Source: Defluviitaleaceae bacterium (lineage in GTDB: Bacteria > Bacillota > Clostridia > Lachnospirales > WQUN01). From it: a stretch of DNA of 64,000 bases. Made by a program: the position numbers and the translations under genes. Location: NCBI GenBank assembly GCA_009786535.1, contig WQRX01000018.1, positions 8,513 through 72,512 on the forward strand, in the 5' to 3' direction. Below, piece after piece: positions 15,393 to 25,579 of this stretch. Every line of letters starts with the position of its first letter. The first letter of the stretch is position 1. The notes under the pieces are model-generated. The model had not been told where the DNA came from. It did not search any database and was given only the letters and a program-made list of their open reading frames with translations.

Positions 15393-16934
15393 TTACGAAA
15401 GCATCATCTCGAAAAACGGATTAAAATACCCGTCACTTTTTTGCACCACACCGTCCAGCCCTTTACCCGCATCGCGCCCGCGTTTTATACCCGCAAAAAT
15501 ACCCTGCTCCAGCGTGGCGAAGAGTTTGTTTTTCTCTATCCGTACCAGTAAATCACACGCCTTATCCAGCACTTCCCGCGCACGGGCTTGGATGATGCCG
15601 TCTTCTTTAAACTCAATTTCCCCGCCCAAATCCTGCATGGTGCGGAAAACGTACTGCGCGTTTTCAATCGCAAGAGCGCGGTCTGCCATGAAGGGCGTAT
15701 GCACCGCTTCGGTGAGCATCCCCAGCAGATGGATTTTCTGGTTTGTTATAATGGAAACGGCGTTAAACAAGGCATTTTGCACTGTTCCCATAAAAATATC
15801 CCCCGTCATAAATTTGGTGGGGGGCATGTATTTTAGCGGCGCATCGGGGAAAATATCCCGCGCCATTTGCGCCTGCGCCAGCTCATACAGGAAGCCGTTT
15901 GTCACAGCGGGCGAAATTTCAAAGGCATGGCCCAGCCCCATTTGCGCGGGGGGCAGGTGCGCAAGCAGCGCAAATTGCTCGTTTAAAAATTGCGAGGTAA
16001 GCACGGTATGGGCTTCTTCCACCGCGTCTGCCGTGGTTAAATAATTGTCCTCGCCCGTGTTAATAATAATACCCGCAAAGCCGTTTATCACGCGGGAAAA
16101 ATACTGGTCAACCAATGTGCGCTTCATATTAATGTCGCGGAAGAGAATGCCGTACAGCGCGTCATTGAGCATCACGTCCAGCCGTTCCAGCGCACCCATT
16201 GCGGAAATTTCGGGCATACACAGCCCCGACGCATAGTTGCACAGGCGAATATACCGCCCCGCTTGTGCGCCCGCTTCGTCCAGCGCATGTCGCATAATGC
16301 GGAAATTTTCCTGCGTGGCGTATGTACCGCCAAAGCCCTCGGTGGTTGCGCCATAAGGCACATAATCCAGCAAACTCTGCCCCGTGGTGCGGATTACGGC
16401 AATAATATCCGCCCCTTGGCGCACGGCTGCAACGGCTTGTACTACGTCCTCATAAATATTACCAGTGGCTACAATAGCGTAGATGTACGGGCTTTCCTTA
16501 TCGCCGTACTGCGTAATGAAACCCTCACGCAATTTACGGTTCTCTTTAATTTTTCCAATAGAAGAAAGCGCCGCACTTTGTACCGCCGTTTTCGCCTTCT
16601 CCACATCAGTTACAGATATTTTTGAAAAATCCAACGTCCCCGCGTCAATGCGTTCCGCAATTTCCTGCGGGGGAATGCCCAGCATATGCGCAGCGTTACC
16701 AATCAATAATGCCGCGCCGTCGGAAAGCAAACCCAACGATTTTATATGATTCACCACAATATTAGGCATGGGAATGTCAATCTCGTTTTTCCCGTCAATG
16801 CCCAGCAAACGGCAAACGGTGCGCTCCACTGCTTCCGTGGTGTGGGCGTTGATGAAGTTTTGCGTGTCCAGCGCAATGTTACGCGCATATTCGCGGGCTT
16901 GGTGGATTTTTTGCGTGTTAAGGTTTAACTTCAC
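15393..16934 (-). CDS. kamD: Lysine 5,6-aminomutase alpha subunit
   Basis: 513 aa. Long blocks match my memory of Clostridium sticklandii KamD: IVATGNIYEDVVQAVAAVRQGADIIAVIRTTGQSLLDYVPYGATTEGFGGTYATQENFR and LKYMPPTKFMTG. GTG start. Confidence 0.92.
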   Translation of the reverse strand: MKLNLNTQKIHQAREYARNIALDTQNFINAHTTEAVERTVCRLLGIDGKNEIDIPMPNIVVNHIKSLGLLSDGAALLIGNAAHMLGIPPQEIAERIDAGTLDFSKISVTDVEKAKTAVQSAALSSIGKIKENRKLREGFITQYGDKESPYIYAIVATGNIYEDVVQAVAAVRQGADIIAVIRTTGQSLLDYVPYGATTEGFGGTYATQENFRIMRHALDEAGAQAGRYIRLCNYASGLCMPEISAMGALERLDVMLNDALYGILFRDINMKRTLVDQYFSRVINGFAGIIINTGEDNYLTTADAVEEAHTVLTSQFLNEQFALLAHLPPAQMGLGHAFEISPAVTNGFLYELAQAQMARDIFPDAPLKYMPPTKFMTGDIFMGTVQNALFNAVSIITNQKIHLLGMLTEAVHTPFMADRALAIENAQYVFRTMQDLGGEIEFKEDGIIQARAREVLDKACDLLVRIEKNKLFATLEQGIFAGIKRGRDAGKGLDGVVQKSDGYFNPFFEMMLS

Positions 16935-16940
16935 GCGGAA

Positions 16941-17495
16941 TCATTCCTTTACGCTGTATTTGTTAAACTCACGCGCTAATATATCCATATAAATCACGTC
17001 ATAAAATTTACCGTTTTTGAAAAACGCTTCACGCCGCCGCCCGTATTCTTTAAAACCCAATTTTTTATAACATGCAATACCCGCATGGTTATCTTCGTGA
17101 ACGGAAAGCGCAATATTATTTAAGTTTAACGTATTAAATCCATAATCAAGAACCAATTGCGCAGCTTCCGTGCCGTACCCTTTGCCATGGTATTCAACTT
17201 CCCCAATCATAATGCCAAGAAAGGCGTTTCGGTGGAGATGGTCAACATTATGCAAGCTAATTTGACCGATAAGTGTATCATCTTCCGATAATACAATAAA
17301 ATAACGATAACCTGTTAATTCTTGCAAACTTATTTTAACATTGGATAAGGATGTGTGGTTTTTATGACCGTCAAACGTGTCAGAAACATCCCTATCATTC
17401 ATCCATTTTGCCCACTTAAATTGAATTTCGGTGTCTTCGGCATCAAATGGCGAGAGATACAAGTGTTCCCCTGTAATTTTTCGAAAATAACCCAT
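16941..17495 (-). CDS. GNAT N-acetyltransferase (RimJ/RimL, Acetyltransf_3-like) inserted between kamA and kamD
   Basis: ORF track 16941..17504. The ATG at 17495 has AAGGTGG 5 nt upstream. Motifs: HGKGYGTEAAQLVLDYGF and NHAGIACYKKLGFKEYG. AT-rich. The stop is 6 nt from the kamD start. Confidence 0.75.
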   Translation of the reverse strand: MGYFRKITGEHLYLSPFDAEDTEIQFKWAKWMNDRDVSDTFDGHKNHTSLSNVKISLQELTGYRYFIVLSEDDTLIGQISLHNVDHLHRNAFLGIMIGEVEYHGKGYGTEAAQLVLDYGFNTLNLNNIALSVHEDNHAGIACYKKLGFKEYGRRREAFFKNGKFYDVIYMDILAREFNKYSVKE

Positions 17496-17589
17496 AAAAA
17501 CCACCTTAATAAAAATAATGCGGCTTACTAAGTGTAATAGAGCTAATTATTAATTTATCCTCCGCAAACGATTCAAAAAAATGACACGC

Positions 17590-17696
17590 GTCCAATTCCT
17601 CAAAATTAGGTCTTTACCCCGCTTTTTCCAAAAAAGCGGGTGGGTTATGCGAATGCTTGCATTCGCAACGGGGCGAAGCCCCACGGTTTTAATCTT
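17590..17696 (-). repeat. Palindromic 3'-end repeat element, copy 1 (three consecutive hairpins), directly after the kamA stop
   Basis: The rc reads TAA-AAGATTAAAACC-GT-GGGGC-ttc-GCCCC-GT-TGCGAATGC-aa-GCATTCGCA-taaccca-CCCGCTTTTTT-gg-AAAAAGCGGG. The head and the CTTTTT/AAAAAG-core palindrome are shared with 28871-29045 and 41951-42010. Confidence 0.75.
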
Positions 17697-18941
17697 TTAC
17701 TCCTTCAAATTCCGTATATTCCGCTCCAACCCCTTTGGCTCTAACGCTAATTGCTGGTTATTTTGCAACGCGGCTACGCCCTCCAGCTTCACAGCACGGT
17801 CACCTGTGCATACGGGGCAAATGCACGTACCTGCGGCGTAGTCCTTTGGCTCAGTATATTTCGTAATTACACCCTCGTAGTTGCGCAAAATGGCGTTATT
17901 GCGCCCTTGGGAAATAAGGTAGTTAGGCATGACAGGGATTTTCCCACCGCCGCCGGGTGCGTCTACTACAAAGGTAGGCACGGCGAAGCCCGATGTATGC
18001 CCACGCAAGGCTTCAATAATTTCTATGCCCTTGGAAATAGGCGTGCGGAAATGACTCAACCCCTGCGATAAATCGCACTGGTAAATATAATAGGGGCGAA
18101 TGCGCATCTTCACCAACCGTTGTACAAGGTCTTTCATCACATGCACGCAGTCGTTTACGCCCGCAAGCAGTACGCTCTGGTTGCCCAACGGAATGCCCGC
18201 GTTTGCCAGTTTTTCACATGCAACAATTGCTTCGGGGGTAATCTCTGACGGATGATTAAAATGAGTATTTATCCAAATAGGATGATACTTTTTAAACATG
18301 TTGCATAAATCATCTGTGATGCGCTGGGGGAGCACTACAGGAAGACGCGAACCCAGACGAATAATTTCTACATGCGGGATTTCATATAGTTTTTTGATAA
18401 TATGTTCCAGTTTGTCATCATACAACAACAATGGGTCACCGCCAGAAAGTAATACATCACGTATCACGGGCGTTTTGGCAATGTGGGCGATGGCGTTTTC
18501 CACCTGCGCCATGGGCAATGGCTTATCTTGATGACCTGCGAAACGCCGCCGCGTACAATGGCGGCAATACATACTGCATTGGTCGGTAATAAGTAGCAAC
18601 GCACGGTCGGGATAGCGGTGCGTAAGCCCAGTCACAGTAGAGTCTTTATCCTCGTGCAGGGGGTCCCCCATGTCCTCTTCCATTGTATCCAGCTCTGCAC
18701 GAGAAGGGATGCACTGCAGGCGAATAGGGTCATTAGGTTGCGTGGGGTCGATAAGGGAAAGATAAAATGGCGTTATTGTCATGCGAAATTTTTGCAAACA
18801 ATCGGAAATTGCAATTTCTTCCGCCACACTTATCGGGATAAGTTTTTTAAGTTCATCCACATTTTTTATTATGTTACGTTCCTGCCAAAGCCAATCATTC
18901 CACTGCTCAGCGGGAATACTCTTAAAAATGTCATTTCGCAT
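17697..18941 (-). CDS. kamA: L-lysine 2,3-aminomutase (radical SAM)
   Basis: 414 aa. CSMYCRHCTRRR cluster motif and a KamA-type PLP region. Its ATG overlaps the kdd stop by 1 nt (TAATG). Confidence 0.92.
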   Translation of the reverse strand: MRNDIFKSIPAEQWNDWLWQERNIIKNVDELKKLIPISVAEEIAISDCLQKFRMTITPFYLSLIDPTQPNDPIRLQCIPSRAELDTMEEDMGDPLHEDKDSTVTGLTHRYPDRALLLITDQCSMYCRHCTRRRFAGHQDKPLPMAQVENAIAHIAKTPVIRDVLLSGGDPLLLYDDKLEHIIKKLYEIPHVEIIRLGSRLPVVLPQRITDDLCNMFKKYHPIWINTHFNHPSEITPEAIVACEKLANAGIPLGNQSVLLAGVNDCVHVMKDLVQRLVKMRIRPYYIYQCDLSQGLSHFRTPISKGIEIIEALRGHTSGFAVPTFVVDAPGGGGKIPVMPNYLISQGRNNAILRNYEGVITKYTEPKDYAAGTCICPVCTGDRAVKLEGVAALQNNQQLALEPKGLERNIRNLKE

Positions 18942-19960
18942 TAGACATACCGCCTCTCAAATATTTCGCGTATTTTTTCATTTTCGCGCAACAAAGAAAG
19001 CGTAATTTCCGCATGACCGCGGGTATAGCCGTTGCCGACAATAATGGTCACGTCCTTGCCTACGCCTTCCGCACCCAGCGCCGCCTTGGTAAAGCTGGTC
19101 GCCATAGAAAAAAGATACACAATACCCCCATCGCGCACGGGTAAAATGCTGGACATTTCCGTATCGCCTACATTTACCACATTAAAGGAAATGTCATATT
19201 CGCGCCCGTTATTCGCGGCGAGTGCTTTTTCCAACACATCCAGCGGTTTTGTCGCATCACATATGATTACTTCATTACATAAGCCGCTTAAATTTTCGCG
19301 GTCTCTTTCCAGCACACACAGGGCCACAACGTTACCCGTGGGACCTGCTTGCTTCATCGCTTCGGCACAGCATAACATGCCCGACTTGCCGCCGCCGCCC
19401 AGTATTAGCACGCTGTCGCCCGGTTTTACCAGCTTTGACGTTTGCGCAGGCGCGCCCGCTACGTCCAGCGCCGCTAATACCAGCGCAACCGGCATATCAT
19501 CGGGCAATTTTGCAAAAATGCCCGTTTCAAATAAGATTGCGTAGCCGCGTATATCCACGCGGTCAATATTCATATGTATTGCTGTGATTTCGTGTATGAC
19601 AAGCGGCGTAAGAGAAAGGGAAACCAGCGTCGCAATTTTATCGCCCACTTGTACATCAGGCGTTAACGCGCTGCCAATCTCCGCAACTTCACCAATTAAC
19701 ATACCACCGGAGCCTGTAACGGGGTTTTGCATTTTACCCCGCGCGTTTACAATTTCAAGTATTTTTGCTTTAATCGCGTCGGGGTTGTCATTTGCTTCCT
19801 TGCGGATTTGCGTAAAAGACGCCGAGTCAATGTTTAACGACTGCACATTGATAAGAATTTCATTTTCATGAATTTTCATGGAATTATCTATAACCTGCGC
19901 TGCCTGCGGCAAAACACCCTTGGGCGTAATTACGCGGTGCGTACCGTATTTACAAGCCAT
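18941..19960 (-). CDS. kdd: L-erythro-3,5-diaminohexanoate dehydrogenase
   Basis: 339 aa. Rossmann motif ILGGGGKSG. The size and its position between kce and kamA match the lysine-fermentation cluster. Confidence 0.8.
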   Translation of the reverse strand: MACKYGTHRVITPKGVLPQAAQVIDNSMKIHENEILINVQSLNIDSASFTQIRKEANDNPDAIKAKILEIVNARGKMQNPVTGSGGMLIGEVAEIGSALTPDVQVGDKIATLVSLSLTPLVIHEITAIHMNIDRVDIRGYAILFETGIFAKLPDDMPVALVLAALDVAGAPAQTSKLVKPGDSVLILGGGGKSGMLCCAEAMKQAGPTGNVVALCVLERDRENLSGLCNEVIICDATKPLDVLEKALAANNGREYDISFNVVNVGDTEMSSILPVRDGGIVYLFSMATSFTKAALGAEGVGKDVTIIVGNGYTRGHAEITLSLLRENEKIREIFERRYV

Positions 19961-19994
19961 GAAACATCACCCTATCACTGCAAAATATGTACGG

Positions 19995-20816
19995 TTATTT
20001 TCCCAGCCCCAAAATCTCCCGCGCTTCGTTAGGCGTTGCAATATCGCGCCCCAACTCCCGTGCCAGGCGCACGGTTTTTTCTACCAGTTTGCCGTTCGAT
20101 TCCGCAAGCACACCCTTCGAAAGATAAATATTATCCTCAAAGCCCACGCGCACGTGCCCGCCCGAAACAATGCCAAGCACCGCCATGGGAAACTGCGCAC
20201 GCCCAATCCCGCTTACGGTAAAGGTCGCATCGGTGGGGATACTGCCCGCAAGGTACGCAAAGTCCCGCGTTGTTGCGGCAATACCGCCGTTCACACCCAT
20301 CACAAAATTAAAATGCATGGGCGCAAGGATAAAACCCAATTTACACAGCCGTACTGCCGTATCTATCATACCCTTATCGAAAACTTCTACCTCGGGTTTT
20401 ATGCCAATTTCGAACATTTTTTTGCTAAAAATTTTTATTGTAGTTTCGGTGTTAACAAAAATTTCGTCCCCGCCAAAGTTAACCGTGCCGCAGTCCAGCG
20501 TTGCCATTTCGGGAGAAAGGTCCAACGGCTGCATTCGCTCTTCGTCCGTCATGCCTACCGCGCCGCCCGTAGAAGGTTGGATAATTACCCCGGGGCAAAG
20601 GCGCTTAATTTCATCCATGCATTCCGCAAAGCGATTTTTGCATTGCGTGGGTATCCCGTCGTCGGTACGCACATGCAAATGAATAATGCTTGCCCCTGCT
20701 TCAAAGGCACGGCAAGCCTCCTCACCGATTTCTGCCACGGTATACGGCACGGCAGGATTGTGCTGCTTTGTTACCTCCGCACCGCATATGGCGGCGGTGA
20801 TAATTAATTTATTCAC
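19995..20816 (-). CDS. kce: 3-keto-5-aminohexanoate cleavage enzyme (BKACE/DUF849)
   Basis: ORF track 19995..20930. GTG at 20816 ([17 protein letters not shown]) gives 273 aa, the family size, and only an 8-nt overlap with kal. HLHVR motif. Confidence 0.85.
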   Translation of the reverse strand: MNKLIITAAICGAEVTKQHNPAVPYTVAEIGEEACRAFEAGASIIHLHVRTDDGIPTQCKNRFAECMDEIKRLCPGVIIQPSTGGAVGMTDEERMQPLDLSPEMATLDCGTVNFGGDEIFVNTETTIKIFSKKMFEIGIKPEVEVFDKGMIDTAVRLCKLGFILAPMHFNFVMGVNGGIAATTRDFAYLAGSIPTDATFTVSGIGRAQFPMAVLGIVSGGHVRVGFEDNIYLSKGVLAESNGKLVEKTVRLARELGRDIATPNEAREILGLGK

Positions 20817-21198
20817 GAGAAAACCTCTGCTTCCCCTTTGGCACAACGCATGTACCGCTGGCACGGCACACAACAAAAGGCTCGTCCAACACTTGGGCGG
20901 CGGTTGCGCCCGCCTCGGGCAACGGCACAATCACTTTGCGCGCAATAAACACCATTTTACGCGATGTATTGCCTACGGAAACAATTTCCCCTTCCGCTTC
21001 AATATAGTCGCCCGCGTATACAGGGGCTAAAAATTCCACATTATCATAAGCGGCAAAAAGCCCCTCGTCCCCGTCATGGCGGATAAGAAGCTCTGTAGCA
21101 ACGTCACCAAAAAGCTGCAGCATTTTTGCGCCGTCTACTAAATTGCCCGCATAATGGGCATCGTTTGTGCCCATGCGCATTCTAATCAACGACTTCAC
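20809..21198 (-). CDS. kal: 3-aminobutyryl-CoA ammonia-lyase (hot-dog fold)
   Basis: 129 aa. The size and context fit Kal. GTG start at 21198 overlaps the upstream stop (GTGA). An internal ATG 6 codons in is an alternative start. Confidence 0.75.
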   Translation of the reverse strand: MKSLIRMRMGTNDAHYAGNLVDGAKMLQLFGDVATELLIRHDGDEGLFAAYDNVEFLAPVYAGDYIEAEGEIVSVGNTSRKMVFIARKVIVPLPEAGATAAQVLDEPFVVCRASGTCVVPKGKQRFSRE

Positions 21199-22334
21199 GG
21201 TTGATGTGACCCCCGATAGGCAAGAAAATGAATGTAACCTGCTTCATCTACGTGATATACCATACGAGGCATTACTTGGTCAAAAAAAGTGATGGGAATT
21301 AACACACGGAAGTTATACATCACGGGGGGCGCTTCCAATTCGCGGGGTCGGCTATCGCCCCATGAATAGTTGTTTACACCCATGGTTAGGCGCATCATTT
21401 CATGTTCACGAGTACTATCGCGCCAAAAAAATGCGGTATTTATATCATGGTCTAAGAATGTATAGTAATCCAACGCGCGTACAATAGGACCGATGGGTAC
21501 GACTTTTAAGTTATAAATATCATCGCGTATTAAATATTCGCTGGGCGCGATTGGGCGCACGGGTACAATCTGGCTTCGAGTTAATGCAACGCGCCCCACA
21601 TTGCCCGCCACGGTAGAAAGCTGAAATTCGTCAAACAAGAACACAAGCTGGGTATCAGTAATGTAAAAAGCCGCAAGGGGAGCAGTAGCCGCGGCGTAAA
21701 AGCGTTCGGGGTTATCCCGCGTCCAATCGGTAAGAATGCGTTCAACCAATGGGGCAACATTTAAGCCTAGTACTTGCTCGTGGCTCATCGTTTCGCCCGT
21801 TAATGCGCAGAAGTTAATCGACTTTACCGTAATACGCGGTGTTACGGCGGCAATATTTGCGTACATTACAACGGAAACAATTTCCCGCGTTGCATGTACC
21901 TCGTAGGAAAATGCTACCGTGCGGGCACGCAAACGCTGTGCATTTTCAATTAATGCCGTTGCTGCAACACTAATGCGGGCATTAATCCCTTCATAGGCTG
22001 CGCCAAAACTAGGCTGTACATCGGGGAAGTATCCGCGCAAAGCAATTTGATTTACACGGCGCGTAGGCGAACGGTCGGCTATCATTTCGTTTGTCCAACG
22101 AGGGGGTGGCGGGGGAATTTCTTCCTTTTCGTTCTCGCCGCCGTTATTTTCTTCATTTTCATTATGTTCGGGAGTGCTGCTTTCCATGTACAAAACATCG
22201 TTTCCTTCGTTATTTCCATTCACTTCATTCAAGCCATTCGCCAGCACGGGCATAATTAATGCAAATAAAAGAGCAAGGGCAACAATAAACCCTTGCAAAA
22301 ACTTTCCAAACCCCAAAATGCTTTTTTTCATCAT
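21195..22334 (-). CDS. Secreted protein: DUF3298/RsiV-like middle, copper-amine-oxidase-N1 (stalk)-like C-terminus
   Basis: ORF track 21195..22364. The ATG at 22334 gives [32 protein letters not shown] (signal peptide). An Asn/Glu-rich linker follows. The C-terminal pattern [14 protein letters not shown]...[11 protein letters not shown] resembles the Cu_amine_oxidN1 fold. Confidence 0.55.
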   Translation of the reverse strand: MMKKSILGFGKFLQGFIVALALLFALIMPVLANGLNEVNGNNEGNDVLYMESSTPEHNENEENNGGENEKEEIPPPPPRWTNEMIADRSPTRRVNQIALRGYFPDVQPSFGAAYEGINARISVAATALIENAQRLRARTVAFSYEVHATREIVSVVMYANIAAVTPRITVKSINFCALTGETMSHEQVLGLNVAPLVERILTDWTRDNPERFYAAATAPLAAFYITDTQLVFLFDEFQLSTVAGNVGRVALTRSQIVPVRPIAPSEYLIRDDIYNLKVVPIGPIVRALDYYTFLDHDINTAFFWRDSTREHEMMRLTMGVNNYSWGDSRPRELEAPPVMYNFRVLIPITFFDQVMPRMVYHVDEAGYIHFLAYRGSHQP

Positions 22335-22427
22335 GGACACGCCCCAATACCTTTGTACCAGCATATGCGTATAGTGCCACGAAATTGTGCTTATTACAAT
22401 TACATTGTGGTTACATTTACAAAAAGG

Positions 22428-24368
22428 TCATGCGTAAATTTTCCGACCCTTCTCATCAGCGATGCCGGACAGGCGGTAGAAGTAATTATTAATCACATCG
22501 CGCCATTCGCGGGCGTTTTCTAATTGGCGGGTTAAACGGTCGCGCACGGCTTCGTAGGCTTCTTGCGGGATTTTGCCGTTTAGGGTCTCCCACGTGGCAA
22601 TAAAGCGCTTCACATCTTCTACGCCTTCGAAATGGGTATCATAAATATACTGGAGCAAGGTTTGTCCGCTTTTTAGCTTGTAATTGTAAGGCAAACGATG
22701 GAAGAAAAGGAGCAGCTTCTCGGGGCAGGTTTTCTTATTTTCATACAGGTCGCGCACGTAATGATGATATTGGGCGGTGTATTCCGTGCCGTGGGTGGTG
22801 CGGTCTACGCCGATTGCGGTGTGCGTTGCACGGTGGTACGTACCCCATTTCATGTATTCGTAGCCTTCGGGGGATGGTCCGTAATGGTGCGAAATATTTA
22901 CCATCCAACCCAAACCCAGCGGCGAGTTATATTTTTCATACACCCAGCGCGATTCGAGCAACATATTTGCAATGGGCTCTACGATGGCGGGGTCTGTGCC
23001 GAAGGTGAGGGCAACCCAGTCGCGCATCAATTGCTCGGCAGAGAGCGCAGGGTTCCATGCCAGTCGCCCAAAGGCGTACAGGTTGGCTTGCGCAAGCAGA
23101 TGCCCTGTCCAATTGTCGTCATTACCCGTGTTGGAAACAGCAACCATTGCCGTCACCTCGCGCCCTACAAGGTCGCGCGTCATGCACGATTCGGTAACAG
23201 GGGTATCTAAGATTTCCTCCCATTGTACGGCGGTGGCGTATAGGTCAATTTGCTGCCCTGTGTATTCTTGGGAAATTTGGAATTCCAGCCCTTGGGGGGT
23301 TTGCGTCATAGCGCCTAGGAGCGGCGAGTTAGGCTCGCGCACTTGGAAGTCCGACGGCCCGTGCTTTACCTGTAAAATTACATTGGGCGCAAATTTGCCA
23401 TCCAGCGGAAAAAATTCGTTATACGCCGCCTTGGGGCGGTCGATGGTTTTATCGCGCCAATCTTGTTTGCAATTGTAAATAAAGCAACGCCAGTAAATTG
23501 TACCGCCGAAGGGTTCCAGCGCCTTGGCAATTACATTTGCGCCTGCATCTTGCGTTAAGCCCAGCGCCGCAGGTCCTGAGCGGAACTCCGAATCCGCCTT
23601 CATTAAAAAGCCCGCTAAATCGGGAATGTGTTTGTATACGCGCTTTGCCGCGTCTTCCCAATATTTTGCCACGGCGGGAACGGTGGGGTCGGATGTTTCC
23701 AGTCCCCCAAGAATGGCAGGGCTGTCAAAATGCACCGCCACAATAATACGAATGCCGAAGGGACGGAAAACCTCCGCCACCTTGGCAAGGTCGGGCAAGC
23801 CTTCCTCGGTGATGAGTTGCGCGCTGTCGGGATACACGTTTACATTGTTTACACTAATTTCGTTAATGCCAACACTGGCAAGCAAGCGGGCATAGTCTTT
23901 CAGGCGTTCCAAATCATAGCCGATGCGCCCGTTTTTGAAAAAAAACGACCGCCCCGCATAACCGCGCTCAATTGAACCGTCGGCATTATCCCAATGGTTA
24001 AGCACACGGCGTGCCACGGCGGGGACTTCCTTTACATTCATCGTTTCTACCGGCTCGCCAAGGGAAAGCCGCGAAAGTAAACCGTACACGCCGTACAGCA
24101 GCCCTTTTTCGCTGCCGCCCGAAACAGTTAGCCCGGAAAGGTCGCCCCTCAGGGTATAACCCTCGGGCGGCAATTTTTCGGCAAGCTCCAGCGTTATGGT
24201 ATAATCCCCGTCTTCACTGGGTTTTTTACCAAAGCGGGTATCTAACCCATGGACAAATTCCTCGGAAGCAATGCCCTTTAACCCCGCCAGCTTTGGTAAA
24301 AATCCCAACTGGGCTTTTGTCCCTTCGGCAACAGGCTGCAACCATGCGCGATACCCAAAACTTTTCAT
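22428..24368 (-). CDS. aguA: Alpha-glucuronidase, GH67
   Basis: ORF track 22428..24524. The ATG at 24368 (MKSFGYRAWL) has GAGG 8 nt upstream. NHWDNADGSIERGYAGRSFFF and the ~646-aa length fit GH67. Confidence 0.85.
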   Translation of the reverse strand: MKSFGYRAWLQPVAEGTKAQLGFLPKLAGLKGIASEEFVHGLDTRFGKKPSEDGDYTITLELAEKLPPEGYTLRGDLSGLTVSGGSEKGLLYGVYGLLSRLSLGEPVETMNVKEVPAVARRVLNHWDNADGSIERGYAGRSFFFKNGRIGYDLERLKDYARLLASVGINEISVNNVNVYPDSAQLITEEGLPDLAKVAEVFRPFGIRIIVAVHFDSPAILGGLETSDPTVPAVAKYWEDAAKRVYKHIPDLAGFLMKADSEFRSGPAALGLTQDAGANVIAKALEPFGGTIYWRCFIYNCKQDWRDKTIDRPKAAYNEFFPLDGKFAPNVILQVKHGPSDFQVREPNSPLLGAMTQTPQGLEFQISQEYTGQQIDLYATAVQWEEILDTPVTESCMTRDLVGREVTAMVAVSNTGNDDNWTGHLLAQANLYAFGRLAWNPALSAEQLMRDWVALTFGTDPAIVEPIANMLLESRWVYEKYNSPLGLGWMVNISHHYGPSPEGYEYMKWGTYHRATHTAIGVDRTTHGTEYTAQYHHYVRDLYENKKTCPEKLLLFFHRLPYNYKLKSGQTLLQYIYDTHFEGVEDVKRFIATWETLNGKIPQEAYEAVRDRLTRQLENAREWRDVINNYFYRLSGIADEKGRKIYA

Positions 24369-24581
24369 ATGTAACCTCATTTCCGCTAAATACGAAGCTG
24401 TGCTTCGTGATAGATACGAACCTTCGATTCGCATTATACGGACTTTCCTATTTCGGTGAAATAAAGTATAATGCCCCCTAACACAAAAAACATGGATTAG
24501 ATAAGGAAATTTTGCATTTTGCACATGTAATAATCACGCATACCGAGTTGCTTGCAATTCGATTACTAAGGGGCGAGTAAT

Positions 24582-25367
24582 ATGTTATACGATGATTTTA
24601 ACAATGCCGTACCCGTAATGGAATATTTTAACTACCGGGTAAACACCCCTGCATGGCAAATTGAACCTGCACAAACGGATTTTATCGACATTTCCTACGT
24701 AATAAACGGACGAGCAGAATACACGATAGACGGGCGCATCTACACTGTAAACGCGGGGGATTTGTTGTGTATTCCCGCCGGGTCGTCCCGCTCTGCCATC
24801 AGCAACGAACCCGAGAAATTTGCGGGCTTTGCTGCCAACTTTTTCATGCGCTCGGCAGAAGGCGCAGATGTTACGATTCCTCTGCCGCTTATTTCCCCCA
24901 TCGGCATACACGAGGACGTAATTTCTCTGTATAAAAAATTAAACGTAGAATGGCTTCGGCGCTCCCCCGGCTATACCATGCGGGTGCGCGCCTTTTTTAT
25001 GACCATTTTACAGCGCTACATGGCAATGCTGGTATACGAAGTGGACACCTACCGCTTTGACCCGCGGGTAAAAACCGCCATCCGTTATATCACCGACCAT
25101 TATTCGGAACCCATGCACATTACCCAGGTGGCACACGCCGTGTCCCTTAACCCCGTCTATTTCGGCGCGCTGTTTAAAAAGGAAACCCAGGTGTCGTTCC
25201 GCGATTATTTAAATATGATTCGCCTCAACCAAGCCGAGGACATGCTGCGCACAGGTGAATGGAACGTAACCGAGGTAGCCCTGCGCTGCGGCTTTGGGGA
25301 CGTTTTCTATTTTAGCAGGCTGTACAAGAAGCATAAGGGCGTACCGCCCAGCAGTGTGTTGGGGTAG
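24582..25367 (+). CDS. AraC-family transcriptional regulator (cupin sensor + HTH_18)
   Basis: 261 aa. The C-terminus LNMIRLNQAEDMLRTGEWNVTEVALRCGFGDVFYFSRLYKKHKGVPPS is an AraC HTH. It is divergent from aguA. Confidence 0.88.
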   Translation: MLYDDFNNAVPVMEYFNYRVNTPAWQIEPAQTDFIDISYVINGRAEYTIDGRIYTVNAGDLLCIPAGSSRSAISNEPEKFAGFAANFFMRSAEGADVTIPLPLISPIGIHEDVISLYKKLNVEWLRRSPGYTMRVRAFFMTILQRYMAMLVYEVDTYRFDPRVKTAIRYITDHYSEPMHITQVAHAVSLNPVYFGALFKKETQVSFRDYLNMIRLNQAEDMLRTGEWNVTEVALRCGFGDVFYFSRLYKKHKGVPPSSVLG

Positions 25368-25417
25368 GCGCACTACAGAAATTATGATAATATTTCTGCA
25401 CGAAAGGGGCTTCCCTC

Positions 25418-25579
25418 ATGCCTAAAATTAAATCCAGCACCGACCTTCGCAACCATTACTTGGAATTGTGCCAGATGCTTGGCGAAGGACGCAGGGCAAT
25501 TAACGAAGGACGAAAACGCCCCGCAGAGGATGTTTTTAACGACATATTCAAGCGCATATCGGAGCGTGGAAATGGATAA
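25418..25579 (+). pseudogene. Internally deleted Phd/RelB-type antitoxin remnant (53 codons)
   Basis: MPKIKSSTDLRNHYLELCQM (antitoxin N-terminus) is joined directly to GRKRPAEDVFNDIFKRI (typical C-terminal tail). The ~40 aa normally between them are missing. Its stop overlaps the next ATG (ATGGATAA). Confidence 0.45.

Noticed and set aside
17581-17841. 86-aa plus-strand ORF in the kamA-GNAT gap
   Set aside because: It is made up of the palindromic repeat element plus the antisense of the kamA 3' end. It has no SD.
19878-20807. 309-aa plus-strand ORF
   Set aside because: It is entirely antisense to kdd/kce, which carry clear family motifs. Its Arg/His/Cys-rich composition is typical of the reverse frame of GC-rich genes, and it has no SD.
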